Below, in pieces: positions 27,790-39,780 of a stretch of 64,000 nucleotides of DNA (position 1 is the first letter of the stretch; the number at the start of each line of letters is the position of its first letter). This DNA comes from Eledone cirrhosa (lineage: Eukaryota), in the NCBI GenBank assembly GCA_964016885.1, contig OZ024740.1:326616001-326680000 (forward strand). Direction: 5' to 3'. The translations under genes and the position numbers were made by a program. The notes under the pieces were generated by a model that ran no database searches, was not told the DNA's origin, and worked only from the letters and a program-made list of their open reading frames with translations.

Positions 27790-28640
27790 AGGAAAAGTAA
27801 GTTACCTGGTCATCTTTGTTTTGTTTTTTGTTGTTGTTGTTCTTTTTTCTGTTCAATATTTCGGGACGTAAAAGTCCCTTCTTCAGGGTTTAAGGAACTT
27901 TCAGTGGATAATGTTCCAATTTCCTCTCATTGGGATTAAATTTTGATTTTGATTTAAATTTTTCTAAGTCGTTTTCAAACGTTTTTTGATGGTTATTTCG
28001 CTCTTCACGAGAATGACGTCTATAGCCAATATAGTATTTCACGAAATCAATTTTTTTTTTGTATGAGCTGTTTAGTTTTTGTGCCTCTGGGTGTGTTTTT
28101 TATGTTAAGTATTGTGTGCTGAGTTCTAATCTATTATTTATTTGCGGATTGAGTCTACGTATGAGCAAGGCTTCCTTGATTATTAAATTGCCCACATTTC
28201 TATCACTGGCTTTAATAGTAACAGTAAGATGTTGGTTGATGTTTCTACATTTGTCAATGTGTTTTTGAATGAGGATGCGTGTATGTTGAGGTGTTCTTTA
28301 ATGTGAGTGTGGAGTGCTCGAGTCGTGCTTCCAATGTAGAACTCCTTACATTTGTTGCATTCAATCCGGTATACCACATGTGTCCGCTGGCACATATCTG
28401 TATCACCGATAGGGCAGTTAGTCAACGAGCATTGATTGTTGTTGTCTCTGGATTGCTTTTTAGACAGGTTTCCACGCAGGGAAGGGACCGAAATATTGGA
28501 CAGAAAAAAGAAGAACAACAACAAAAAACAAAACAAAGATTACCAGGTAACTTACTTTTCGTTACCTCATCTTTCAGTCCAATTTGCATTGTTTAGCCTT
28601 CTTTCTCTTTCAATGCTTCAAGCAGTTCACTATCTAATAT
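27790..28640 (-). mobile_element. 5'-truncated PLE (GIY-YIG plus pLTR) with inverted pLTR
   Basis: CSLTNCPI..CQRTHVVYRIECNKCKEFYIGSTTRALHTHIKEH; 27792-27864 is inverted at 28488-28560; the pLTR is shared with 57594-57780. Confidence 0.88.
27852..27888 (-). ncRNA. Minimal hammerhead in pLTR
   Basis: CC-CTGAAGA-a-GGGAC-ttttac-GTCCC-GAAA-TA-TT-GA; palindromic AATATT stem III; stem I is mutated. Confidence 0.7.
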
Positions 28641-29747
28641 AGATATATATATATATGTGTGTGTGTAAAAAGGTAAACAGAAATAATAAAGCAATATGTA
28701 TTCACACAACTGACCTCATCAACCATCCTATCTGGTTACCCACTTTCATTGCTGCACTCTAATAACCGCAAAAACAACCTCATAAGGAGAGACTTCATTA
28801 CATTCGTTTTTTTCTAGTTTTTAAATAGTACAGATAATAGGAGACGTGACACAATTTCATTGCAACTAGACACCCCTTTTATATCCTAAACAACCAACTC
28901 TAAATACACACATATATCTCACATAGCCAACTATAATAGCTCTTCTTTGAGCATCACATTCTGCTTCCCTCATACAATAACCACAACTACTATGCAAACA
29001 ATTCTTCCATTTTCCTCGAACCATTTACCAAATATAGTCTCAATGCATTCACACATTAAAGAAAATTAAAAAAACACTTCTAGAAACATAAAAAAAAACG
29101 TATAGAAATCTCAATGGAATGAGTTTTAAAAGGAAACAGAACCAATGCTTTCAGAATTCAACTATACCACAATCACAATCATAGACACTGCAGTACATAC
29201 ATTTAATAGAACAATTATTGACGCATCTAAAAAAAAAAAAAAAACTCACAAAAAAAATAGAACCCGAGACACAACCCCGAGCACAGTACTTCAAAACAAT
29301 TGAAATAAAACTCTGCACGAAACAACTAAGAAAGGAATTAAACCATAGAAAGGCATAAAACTGGAAAACATTTATTTCTAACATAAACCTCAAAAACTAA
29401 CAGTAAAATACTTTATAAGTATAGAATCAACAACAGCTACAACAATGCAAGTCACATCAGTCCCCCCGTCACACCATCTATTCCTAGTAATATACCCACA
29501 CCAGGATAGCGTCCATATCAGATATTTCTCGACAATCAGCTACAGATAGAGGGCGGAGAAGCAGAGAGAGGGGGAGAAGCAGAGAGATAAGAGAGAGAGA
29601 GAGAGGAAGAGAGAGAGAGAGGAGAGAGAGGGGGAGAGAGAGGAGAAAGAGGAGATAGAGAGGAAACAAAGAAGAGAAAGAGAAGAGAGAAAGAGGGAGA
29701 GAGATAGATAGATAGAGAGAGAAAAAGAGAAGGAGATAGATAGATAT

Positions 29748-32198
29748 GTTTCTTTATTAGCCACAGGGGCACAAAAGAAGGGGACAATTACAAAGGGGGG
29801 AGTTTACATACAATAAAAACGTGTAAAATATTATCACAAATGCAAAGTAAAAGTTAATCGATTTTCCCCAATAGGGGGAGACAGTTCATATGGGTAGCAC
29901 ATACCCCCGAAAAAAATGTGCAACCCTCATCTCCAGGAGTACGAAGAGTTTGTACCCCTTTCCTCTCTTCCTCTTTTCCTCAACCTACAGGCTGATATAG
30001 AGAGAAGGCCCATTCACTCGGGCCATTCTAACCACTTTCACCCACCTTTCATAAAACTTGCTGGGGTACAGCACCTCTCTCTCCATCCTGATTCTTCTTC
30101 CAAAGTGGTATTTGAAAAAAAGAATCAGTTGTTGGCCGGAGAGAAAGGTGTCTGACCTCAGCCCTTCTAACCTCGTCCACCATACAACCTCTTTCGCCAT
30201 AGCTATCACACAAAGGAAAACCGCCTCTCCTTCGTTTTTGAAGGAGGGTGGCGGTTTGATCATCATGACAATGAACTCGGTGGTCAACCGGATTGGTCCC
30301 ACCCGCGACAATAGTCGGTACGCCCGGGCAGTGTATGAATGCGTGCGCGACGGTTTCTTCGTCTCGCATGCATCTCGGACAGATTTTTTTCGAAGGCTCC
30401 CTACCCGGGCACCCATATCTGTAGAGCTTGTCTCGAACAGGTAGAGCTCCTCGGTAGCACTGCCAGGCCAGGGACTTTTGGAAGTTGTCCATCGGCCCCG
30501 GGCGGAAGGTCCTACCGAACAGACCGGCCAGTTTGTCTTCCTCCACGCCCAGAGTTTCTCTGAGTACGTCGTCGCACTTGCTGCGGATCAACCCTCTATA
30601 GAATGACGAAGTGGAGTCTCCACTGACCGCCGGGTCCGCCTTCCAGAGGGCTGTGAGCGCCTGAGCACATTCGATGTGCCAGTCGCCCATTTTTCTCGGT
30701 CTTTGCTTGACCCAGGACTGCAGCTCGGTCAGCGAGACGAGTCGTGAGAAGGCTCGCCTCACTAATGGGGCCCACACCGGTTGTCCGGTGAGGAATACGT
30801 AGAGATGCCGCAGCCTGAGCACGTGTTTGTGCATCGTCAGCCACGGCATCCCCAGCCCTCCGTTGGAAGGGTGTTGGCAGCAGATGGATCTTCTCACCAA
30901 TGGAGTCCGCTTCTTCCAAGGGAATTGGAAGAGCGCGCGCTCCATTTTGGCGAGCGTTTTGGCTGGACAAGGCACGACGGCCAAGCGGTAGTAGATGATG
31001 GACGCTATAAAAGTGCTCGCCACCTCCGCTCGACCTTTCAAGGATAGTTTGCACTCGGCCCACTTTTGGGTGAGTGCAAACACCTTGGCCGTCACCTCGT
31101 TCTAGTTCTTCTCCATCTGGAGGTTTGGACCGAACCAGACCTCGAGCAATTTCACCGGTCCTTCCGTCCAGCGTCCGACAACGCTGTCGGACGGCATCGG
31201 TTTGCCTCTCCACGTTCTGAGTTGCAAACGGACAGACTTGTCCTGGTTCAGTTTTTCTCCTGTAAACCTTTCGTATTCCTGTAGTAGGTTGCCGATTACC
31301 TCGATTTGCGAGGTTTTCGACACCATTACCGTCACGTCGTCGGCATAAGCCGACGCTGCTTTGAGCAGTCCCAGTTCTAAAGGGATGCCCTGCAAGAGCT
31401 CCAACTTCCGCAGTAGTGGCTCTAGAGTCAATATGTACAGAATGGAGGAGAGAGGGCATCCCTGTCGAATGGAACGCGTGATTGCGAACGGCTCCGATAG
31501 GTAGCCGTTCACCTTGACCTTCGAGCAGATGCTGGTGTGCATCGCCTTGATCCAGCCTCTGAAAACGGGACCGAAACCGGCCGCCTTGAGAACCTCTTCC
31601 AAGTATCGATGGTCGACCCTATCGAATGCTAAATTGATCAGAGCCCCACCGAAGCCGGGTTTACACCCCACCCTCTCTATGATGTATCGCATGAGGTGGA
31701 GGTTGTCGTGTATGGATCTGGTCGGGATTACACACGTTTGCGCTTTCCCTACCAGGTTTTCGACGACAAGCGCCAGCCTCGTTGCTAGCATCTTGGCCAA
31801 AATCTTCAACTCTGTGTTGAGCAGAGTTATGGGCCTGAAATTGTTTATTTCGTCCCCCTTCTTCTCGTCTTTCCTGATCAGCGTTACTACGCCCTTGTCT
31901 GCAGAACTGGGAATTGTCCCGTTCTGCTGCCAATTGCAGTAGATGGCTTCGAGGACGCCAGAGAACAAGTCCGGCATGCCTATGTAAAACTCATAGGGTA
32001 GACCATCTAGACCGGGTGATTTGCGTTTCCCGCAGCAGCCCAGAGCCTCCCGTATCTCAGTGGCTGTGATCGATCTTTCGCAGAACTCGGCATCCATGCT
32101 CGAGAGACGCGGCAGGCCGTCGAGGTATGAACCAAAGTCCATTGCTCCGTTCGGTGCACCGTTGTTCTGCTCAAACAGTCGCGCAAAGTGCCGCTGAA
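29748..32198 (-). mobile_element. 5'-truncated Tx1/L1-like LINE in GA/GATA-rich repeats
   Basis: GC-rich RT + zf-RVT body; aataaa near the 3' end; agatagatat at both flanks. Confidence 0.9.
30049..32198 (-). pseudogene. LINE ORF2 (RT + zf-RVT) with an in-frame stop at 31102
   Basis: KSPGLDGLP, NFRPITLLN, AFDRVDH, RQGCPLS, AYADD, CPRC..ETVAHAFIHC; ORFs 31102-32241 and 30049-31095 share a frame. Confidence 0.92.
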
Positions 32199-33389
32199 AG
32201 ATAGAGAGATAGATATATAAATAGAGAAAACAGAAGAACAAAACAAAAGATATGCAACTTCTACGTTGACTAATTCCTTCAATGAGAGAGGAAAATCTAA
32301 AAAAACTCTAAAGCTTCAGAGCCAGACAAAATCACAAATATACACCGAAAACATATTTGGCTTGAAGAGATCACTGCACTCATGAACCTGTACAATTACG
32401 TGCACTAGTACTGTCAAAGTCAAAGAATATAGAAGCTGGGCAAAATCGTGACAATTATAAAGTCCAACAAATCCAAAGTGAAGTTGCATGCAGATAATAA
32501 TAGCTTTGGATTTATTATAAAGAAACTACATAATATGACAGCTGCAGCTTGATGACGTCTGTCTTCGCCATTTAGCGGCTATAGCGGTCCGTTTACGTAA
32601 GCAGAGTTTGGGAGAATGTGTGGTCTGCGTTTAATTTGCCGAATTTGAGGGTGAGAACGGTTTCGTTTGGCAGGAGTCATGGGTACAGGTTGGCGTTCAG
32701 TTTAGGATGTTTGCTGAGGGTTAGTAGACTGATTGGAGCAATAACGGTCTTATTTACATTATACAGATCCATCACCCTCCAATGCAGAATCTCAATAAAT
32801 ATATATAAAATCTATTAGGTTATATACGTCATTCATACATCTATTTCTTCAAATCACAATACAGATCCAAGCCACTACACTCAATCACTGCACTACTCAC
32901 TGGCTTTACAGAAAATACATGGTGACTTCAAGAGCCAATATTGCCCCACACTTACTATTCTAATTACTATTGACAGCAGCAACGCTTTCGACATCATTTC
33001 TTGCTATCCACCTAAAAAAGAAAAAAATAGTTGATATCACATTAGAACCCCCCCCCCCCCCACACACACACAAAATAAAAGAAAAAAATGAAAATTCAAA
33101 AACGCTAGGAAGATTATTTAATGAAAAAGAAGACCCTCTTCTTGAACCTGCAATTCTCGGGAGATACTGCAACGATCCGTCCCCTCAACCATTTTTTAAA
33201 ACCTATATCTACACAAACTTTGCACACGTTCGCAATGCATAGAGAAAATCTCATACGCAGAGGATATCAAATTCAAACCCTTCCACATGACACCTAACAT
33301 TGTTGTAAAAATATTCCAAGAGAGTGCAATAAATATAGATCGTCACGTAACACTGCATACAATGTATTATTACATGTCGAAGTGTGCAG

Positions 33390-33720
33390 TGTAGTTGAAT
33401 CTCTGTCAATTCCGACGACGTCTGTTCCAGTTGTCCGATTAACAGAACAGTCGGCTCGGGAATTTAGCGTGCAAGTGGTTGAGCATTTCACAGACACGTG
33501 TACCCACAACCTAGTTCTCAGGGAGATTTAGCGTGAGAGCTTGTGAAAAGTCTGGTCCTTTGAATTACAGGAACAACTCATTTTTGTTAGCTGAATGAGC
33601 TAGACAACGTAAAATAAAGTGTCTTGATCAAGGACACAATGCAATGCCAGGAATCGCAGTTAAAACCTTACGATCATGACTCAAACACACACACACCACT
33701 AAGCCATTTGCCTTCACGTG
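33390..33720 (-). mobile_element. SINE family C-related copy
   Basis: caactcattt..agctga..aaataaagtgtcttgatcaaggacacaatgc. Confidence 0.6.
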
Positions 33721-35049
33721 TGCAGTATAGTTCTCAGCTAGACTGAGATATAGCATGACTTGAAATATGGCTATGTAGGCATCACCATATTTTTTGACTG
33801 ACTAACTCTGCGCCATAGAACTGTTCAACCAGAGCTGACTTAGGGTTACACCGTAACAATTATCTGCATGTCATTAAATTACTTGATCAAGACTGACCTT
33901 TTTCTACACACTAACAAAAATAAACACAACTATATCAGCATCATCATTTTAAATAATGACACGCTAGATAATTTGATCCTAATTTTTCTGCACGTAACCA
34001 GAAAACAGGATGGTGTCGACTGAAATGCCTTTGGCCAGAGATCTACCCTGTCAAGGCTAACGTTGGAGGTTAATCAACAATGACAACAACAAAAACGATA
34101 ACAAGAACATCATAAAATGATTAGTTATGAGAGATCTAAAAGAATGATATAAAAGCCCTAAGATTTTGTAGGCGTTTTATTCTAGCTCTGGAATTTCTTG
34201 TAATTGAGCCTAGTATTTAATTTACCCGAATAATATTTTAATTAATATCTGAAAGCAAATCATCAAAGAATGTCTGATATGGCAATGGAATGAAAGAAGG
34301 AATGGCAAAAGCAATCTTATGAATTTCTCTTGAACTTCGTAGAAAACAACCGGAGAAAGGATGAAATAAAATATTCTAATAAAGTTTACTGAATTAAATA
34401 AATAGAATGAATGGATTGAAAAAATAGATTAAATGAATGGAATGATTGAATGAAAGTTAATTCCATTATTACCAAACATAGTTTATAACGAAGTGGTATA
34501 ATGGTTCAAACGAACACTCCTCCACAAAAATATGTTCTCTCAGAAACTCATCGAATTCGTATTCAACTTCTCTTTTCAAAACCACACGAAATAGCAAAAT
34601 GAAAGTGATACTAGTGATGGAATGAACTTACTGAACTGGTCGAATATTTTTCAGAAAAATTAATTTATCTTTTAAAATTGATCGTAATCGGAAAATTGAT
34701 ATTGAGTTTGGTTCTTTAATTGTTATGTATTAAACAACAATAACAACAACATAAAGCCTTTTATGAAGATGTATTGGCTTTTCTTTTTGTTCCTTTCTCT
34801 TGAAGATGATTTAATTAAAAAAAATACTACTTTGAAGAATATTGGTAAGAATATTGTTTTGAAAAAACAAAAAAGCACCAACAAAAAAACAAAACAAAAA
34901 AAACAACAAAAAACAACAACAAAAACAAATAGAAACAAAAAACACAACAATAAAAAAAAAAAATTTCTTGAAACTTTGTCATTTCTCTTCTTTATATTAT
35001 ATACCGCAAATAAATGAATAAATAAATATAATAAAATTAAACAAAACTT

Positions 35050-35600
35050 TCAAATCTCCTAAGGAAAGTACTGTCTGAACAATAATTCTGAATACAACAC
35101 TCTGACAACTAATAAAAATAATTTCTTATATGTGCTCAACAGACCAGTACGTCTTCTTTAGACATATCAGCAGCTGGGGTGCACCTACCTACCTGAGATT
35201 TGAAAAGGCATAATGCTACAAACCCAGCCCCCAAAACCTAAAAAAGCAGCGTGATCAATCGACATCTGCATAAAAACCAGCAAACCCAGCCCCAAGGCCA
35301 CAGCACATGCTACAAACCCTTTCTAGAAGATCTGGAACAAGGAAGAATTCTCTACCAACCGGAGAGAAGTCTACTTTGTGATCTCCCAAAAGAAAGATGT
35401 CAGTAAGTGACCAAACTACTGTAGAATAATAATACTGTTGCCAGTTCCTGGCAAGGTTTTCAACTAGATTATTCGAGAAAGGCTTACGAAAACCCCCAGA
35501 TATCCTGCTCACAGGGAGAACAAGGAAAATTTTGTCAGAACAGGTCAACTGCAGATGAGATAGCATCCTTAAGAATCATAGCTAAGCAGTCTATAGATCT
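35050..35600 (+). pseudogene. Degenerate RTE-clade RT fragment
   Basis: NYCRIIILLPVPGKVFN*IIRER at about 35415-35485. Confidence 0.6.
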
Positions 35601-36315
35601 GTCATCTTATGCAGTCTATAGATTTGTGTTGTTAAACCGATTGACGTATTAGGTCTACATCTAGCACCTATCTTAATTATCAGTTTGACATTCTAAGCTA
35701 CAGGCCAAAGTGTCAAAGTTTGATTGACGTTTCTTTCTTAGTAACACAATTAATTTTTCGCTTTGTTGATTCAAATGTTATCTCTGTTTTATCTGTCTTA
35801 TCTGAAATGTCTTTCAAGCAAGATCTTTATTGAAGCTCTCTGTTGCAGTGTAACTTCCATATACTGATCTTATTGATACAATTAAAGAAAAAAAGTAACA
35901 ACCAGAATATTGATTTTCTTAACGTGATTATTAATTCGATCCCAGAATAAAGAAGGTATATATTTTAACGATTTCTATAGGAATAAAAGGCCAAGTTAAT
36001 AGCGACACTATTTCACATCACTTGGTAAAGTAACAAACCTAAATATAGAAAGGAAAGCATCTATTCTGGTGCTTCAATGTACACGTCACACATGAAATTA
36101 AAGGGACCATTTTGAGTACGATATACAACTGTAGTTCTGTAGTATTAGAGTTTTACATTCTTACACTACATTGCATTAAACTACAGTAAAGAATAAATGT
36201 AATGTATAAAAGTATACTAGTGTCATAACTCAATTGTATATTCGCGCAACGAACATACAAAAAGGCACAGATATATTACATATACATATATACATAAACG
36301 TACATACATGCAACA

Positions 36316-36400
<85 letters not shown>

Positions 36401-36562
36401 CGCGTTTATATGCTCTAATTTGGTAATTATGGTATATATACATATGCATATGTATATGGCCATACATATATATGGCATAATCCTGGCAATGATGGTAATT
36501 ATGGTGTATATATATATATATATATATATATACATACATATATCTATCTATCTGTGTGTGTG

Positions 36563-36628
<66 letters not shown>

Positions 36629-36751
36629 GAATGTAGAAAAGTAATATATGAGTTGATATATATAAAATAAATAGTAGAAAGGAAAAAGATTTTTTCAGTA
36701 GAAAATGCTGAGGAGATTCTTTCAGTGTAATATCAAAACATTAATTTATTT

Positions 36752-36940
36752 AGGGCGGCGAATTGGCAGTATCGGTAGAGGGTCGGACGCCATGCTTTCT
36801 AGCATAGTTACGTCCCTTTACGGTCTGAGTTCAAATCCCGTCGAGGTTAACTTTGCCTTTCATCCTTACGGGGTCGATAAAATAAAGTACCAGTAATGTA
36901 CTGGGATAATTGCTGGCCTTGTGCCAAAAGTAGAAACAAT
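36752..36940 (+). mobile_element. SINE family A, near full length
   Basis: ggcggcgaattggcagtatcgg..gtgccaaaagtagaaacaatta. Confidence 0.9.
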
Positions 36941-37251
36941 TAATTTATTTACAAAGTGGATATTTTCGCATTTAATATACCGGTTTCAGCATTATATGCA
37001 TTGTCAATTGCGGATATGCATAATATTGTTAAGTTGCATATTTATACAAAAAGTAGTAATAATATTAATAAAAAGGGGACGAAAAATTAATTTTCACATA
37101 CATATTCAGACAGGAGAATTCATTTCTCTATCGTGCCTGTCCTTTCTCTGTTAATAGTTTGGTTTTGACAGTCAAAACCAAACTATGTATGTATGTATGT
37201 ATGTATGTATGTATGTATGTATGTATGTATGTATGTATGTATGTACGCATG

Positions 37252-37283
<32 letters not shown>

Positions 37284-37339
37284 CATGTATGTATGTATGT
37301 ATGTATGTATGTATGTATGTATGTATGTATGTATGTATG

Positions 37340-37750
37340 TATGTATGTATGTATGTATGACCCCTTAGCCTTTGTCAAGGCAGAATTCTAGGAGAAGGAA
37401 AACTCTGATATAACACCTGCAACCCTGATGGTATCCAATGATGTTGACTTGTTCTTCTTTTTGGTAAATATCATCTTGGTTAAGAGAGTGGGACTGGCTT
37501 TGTGCAGTGCCTTTGCTCACTATAAAAGCTTCACGGCACAGGCATTGCTTTATATCTGGAGATCTCTCTGCACTTGTCGTCACATGGTACCAAAGGCAAA
37601 GCACTATGTGTCAATAATTGTCACAAGTGTAGTGTTTGTACCAGAGTTTTCAAGTCGCTGGCTGGACTAAAAAGTCACACTCGTTCAGCGCATCGGTAGG
37701 GGTTCTCCTACATGGATATAAAGTAGTGGCCGTACTCGAAAACAAGTTGG
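37340..37750 (+). repeat. Interspersed repeat related to about 55190-55430
   Basis: Shared gatgttgac..ttct..tgca..gccttt.ctcact..aaa.cttca..gcacaggcattgcttt. Confidence 0.55.
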
Positions 37751-37759
37751 CAGCCACCA

Positions 37760-38402
37760 TGTATGTATGTATGTTATCTCTTTCTCTTAATTTCGAGTAT
37801 ATTTTTTTGACCGGCTACCTTCCTGGTGGCAAGGTTGTAAAGAAAATAAATTGTCATCCCTTGAATCTCAAGAATGTTTTGCAAATTTTGAAGGTGCCAG
37901 CTATCGCAGCCATTTGTAGACTATGAATTAGGGAGCTGCGCTTTTTGTCCGCAAATCCAAGTTCAGTCAAACTTTGGTCCAAGCGGGTTGGTATATAACC
38001 CGTAGCTCCAATAATGATGGGTATGAAGCTAAAGGTGTATCTTGGATACTGGATTTGTAAACTCCTCATCAATGGTCCGTATATGTCATCCTTCTCCTGT
38101 ATTTTTCTGACAACGTTTACATCAAGTGGGCAGCTGATCTCCACAACAGAACACGTTTTCAATGTGTGGTCCCAAACAACAATATCAGGCCGCTTGTGAT
38201 TTAATTTGGTGGCAGTTTTTATTTTCAGGTTCCACCAGTATTCCTTAGTGCCATCTGTCTCAATATATTCTTCCTCGTTTGTTGTTAATTTTGTTTTCCG
38301 AAGTGCGTTCCAGATGGTTCTAGCTATCCCATCGTGTCTCATGGGGAGGTAGTAGCGAGATGACATTCTTTCGCAGCTGGCAACAATGTGGCTTACATCC
38401 TA
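37760..38402 (-). mobile_element. 3' end of an R4/Dong-like LINE (restriction-like endonuclease) in (CATA)n
   Basis: HIVASC..YLPMRHD..WWN..RPDIVVWD..VVEISCP in and just upstream of ORF 37854-38366; (TATG)n on both sides. Confidence 0.85.
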
Positions 38403-39780
38403 GATGTATGTATGTATGTATGTATGTATGTATGTATGTATGTATGTATGTATGTATGTATGTATGTATGTATGTATGTATGTATGTATGTATGCATCTT
38501 TATATGCATATATGTACTGATGTATGTATGCATGTATCCATATATGTACATATATATATATATGTGTGTGTATGTGTGTATGTGTGTGCATGTATGTTTT
38601 ACTTCAGATTATTTTCTTAAGTTTAACTTATCGTTTGTACATGGAAAGAATAAAAACAATATAAACAATGTTTGAACAAAATACAAACAACAAACGGGAC
38701 AAAAGAGAAATGGCACAAACTTCACAAATTCCTTTCTTTGTAGTTAATTTCACTTAAGGGTAATAGTTAAAAATGAAAATCAATACCTTTGTAGCTTATG
38801 TCCAACTTAACATCAATACGACGAGATTTTTCGATTTTATTTAGCGATATGTTAAAAGAAATCATACACATGGTACCTGTAGCTTCATGCTTCTTCATGT
38901 TCGATTATTACTGAAGTACCATAAAATACAAATATAATAAAGAAGAGAATGCATAAATGTATAAATAAATAAATGAGATTAAATAAATAAAAAAGGAAAA
39001 AAAAATGGTATAAAACTATAGGAAACCACAGAATATGGTATATTGATGAAAAAATAAAATAATGTATCTTTGAAAATATTTTATAGTAGGGAAAATTGTG
39101 GTGCATTGATGAAACGTCTTGAAATCTTTATTTGTAAACAGGAATTTACGGTTTTGTTCAGATAAAAAAACATGAAACAAAAAATTATATAACAAAGATG
39201 AAAAGTAAACAAAACCGAAAAATAAAATAAACGAAGAACAACTAAATAAACCGAACAGTACTCTGAAAGAAGTAAACTATTGAGAAATGATAATTTTAAC
39301 AAGTTTTTTTTTTCTTTTATTAAACTTAAACATTGATTGTCAGATAAGAAATACAATAAAAATGGAAATTCTGTTCTAGTAGTGATTCTAGTTTTATGGT
39401 TGATAGTCCAGCAAAAGATAAGTGATGGGCTAGGAGTGAAAGAGATGAGACAAAATCTCGTTCTGAATCAATGAGAAACAAAACTTGAATAAAACACACA
39501 CTATCGTGTAAAAAAATTCAAAGACAATTTTCTGTAAAATTACTATGTTGATACATTTATTTATTATATGCAAAACAAAGACAAGATCCAATTGTGGTTA
39601 TCTTTTCAAGTTGTAAACAGAAGTTACTCAGTACTCACTGAGTGTGAATACTGAAAGAGTAGAGTGCCGGTACTTTGCCCTATATCTATTTACTAGCTTC
39701 TTTGTTAAGAATTTTTAATCTTATCGAGTTCATGTAGTTAAAATATAAGTGATGCCAGTCCGTTCAATAGAATATATATA

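Noticed and set aside
30058-31942. Alternative-frame and antisense ORFs over the LINE
   Set aside because: Shadow ORFs of GC-rich coding sequence.
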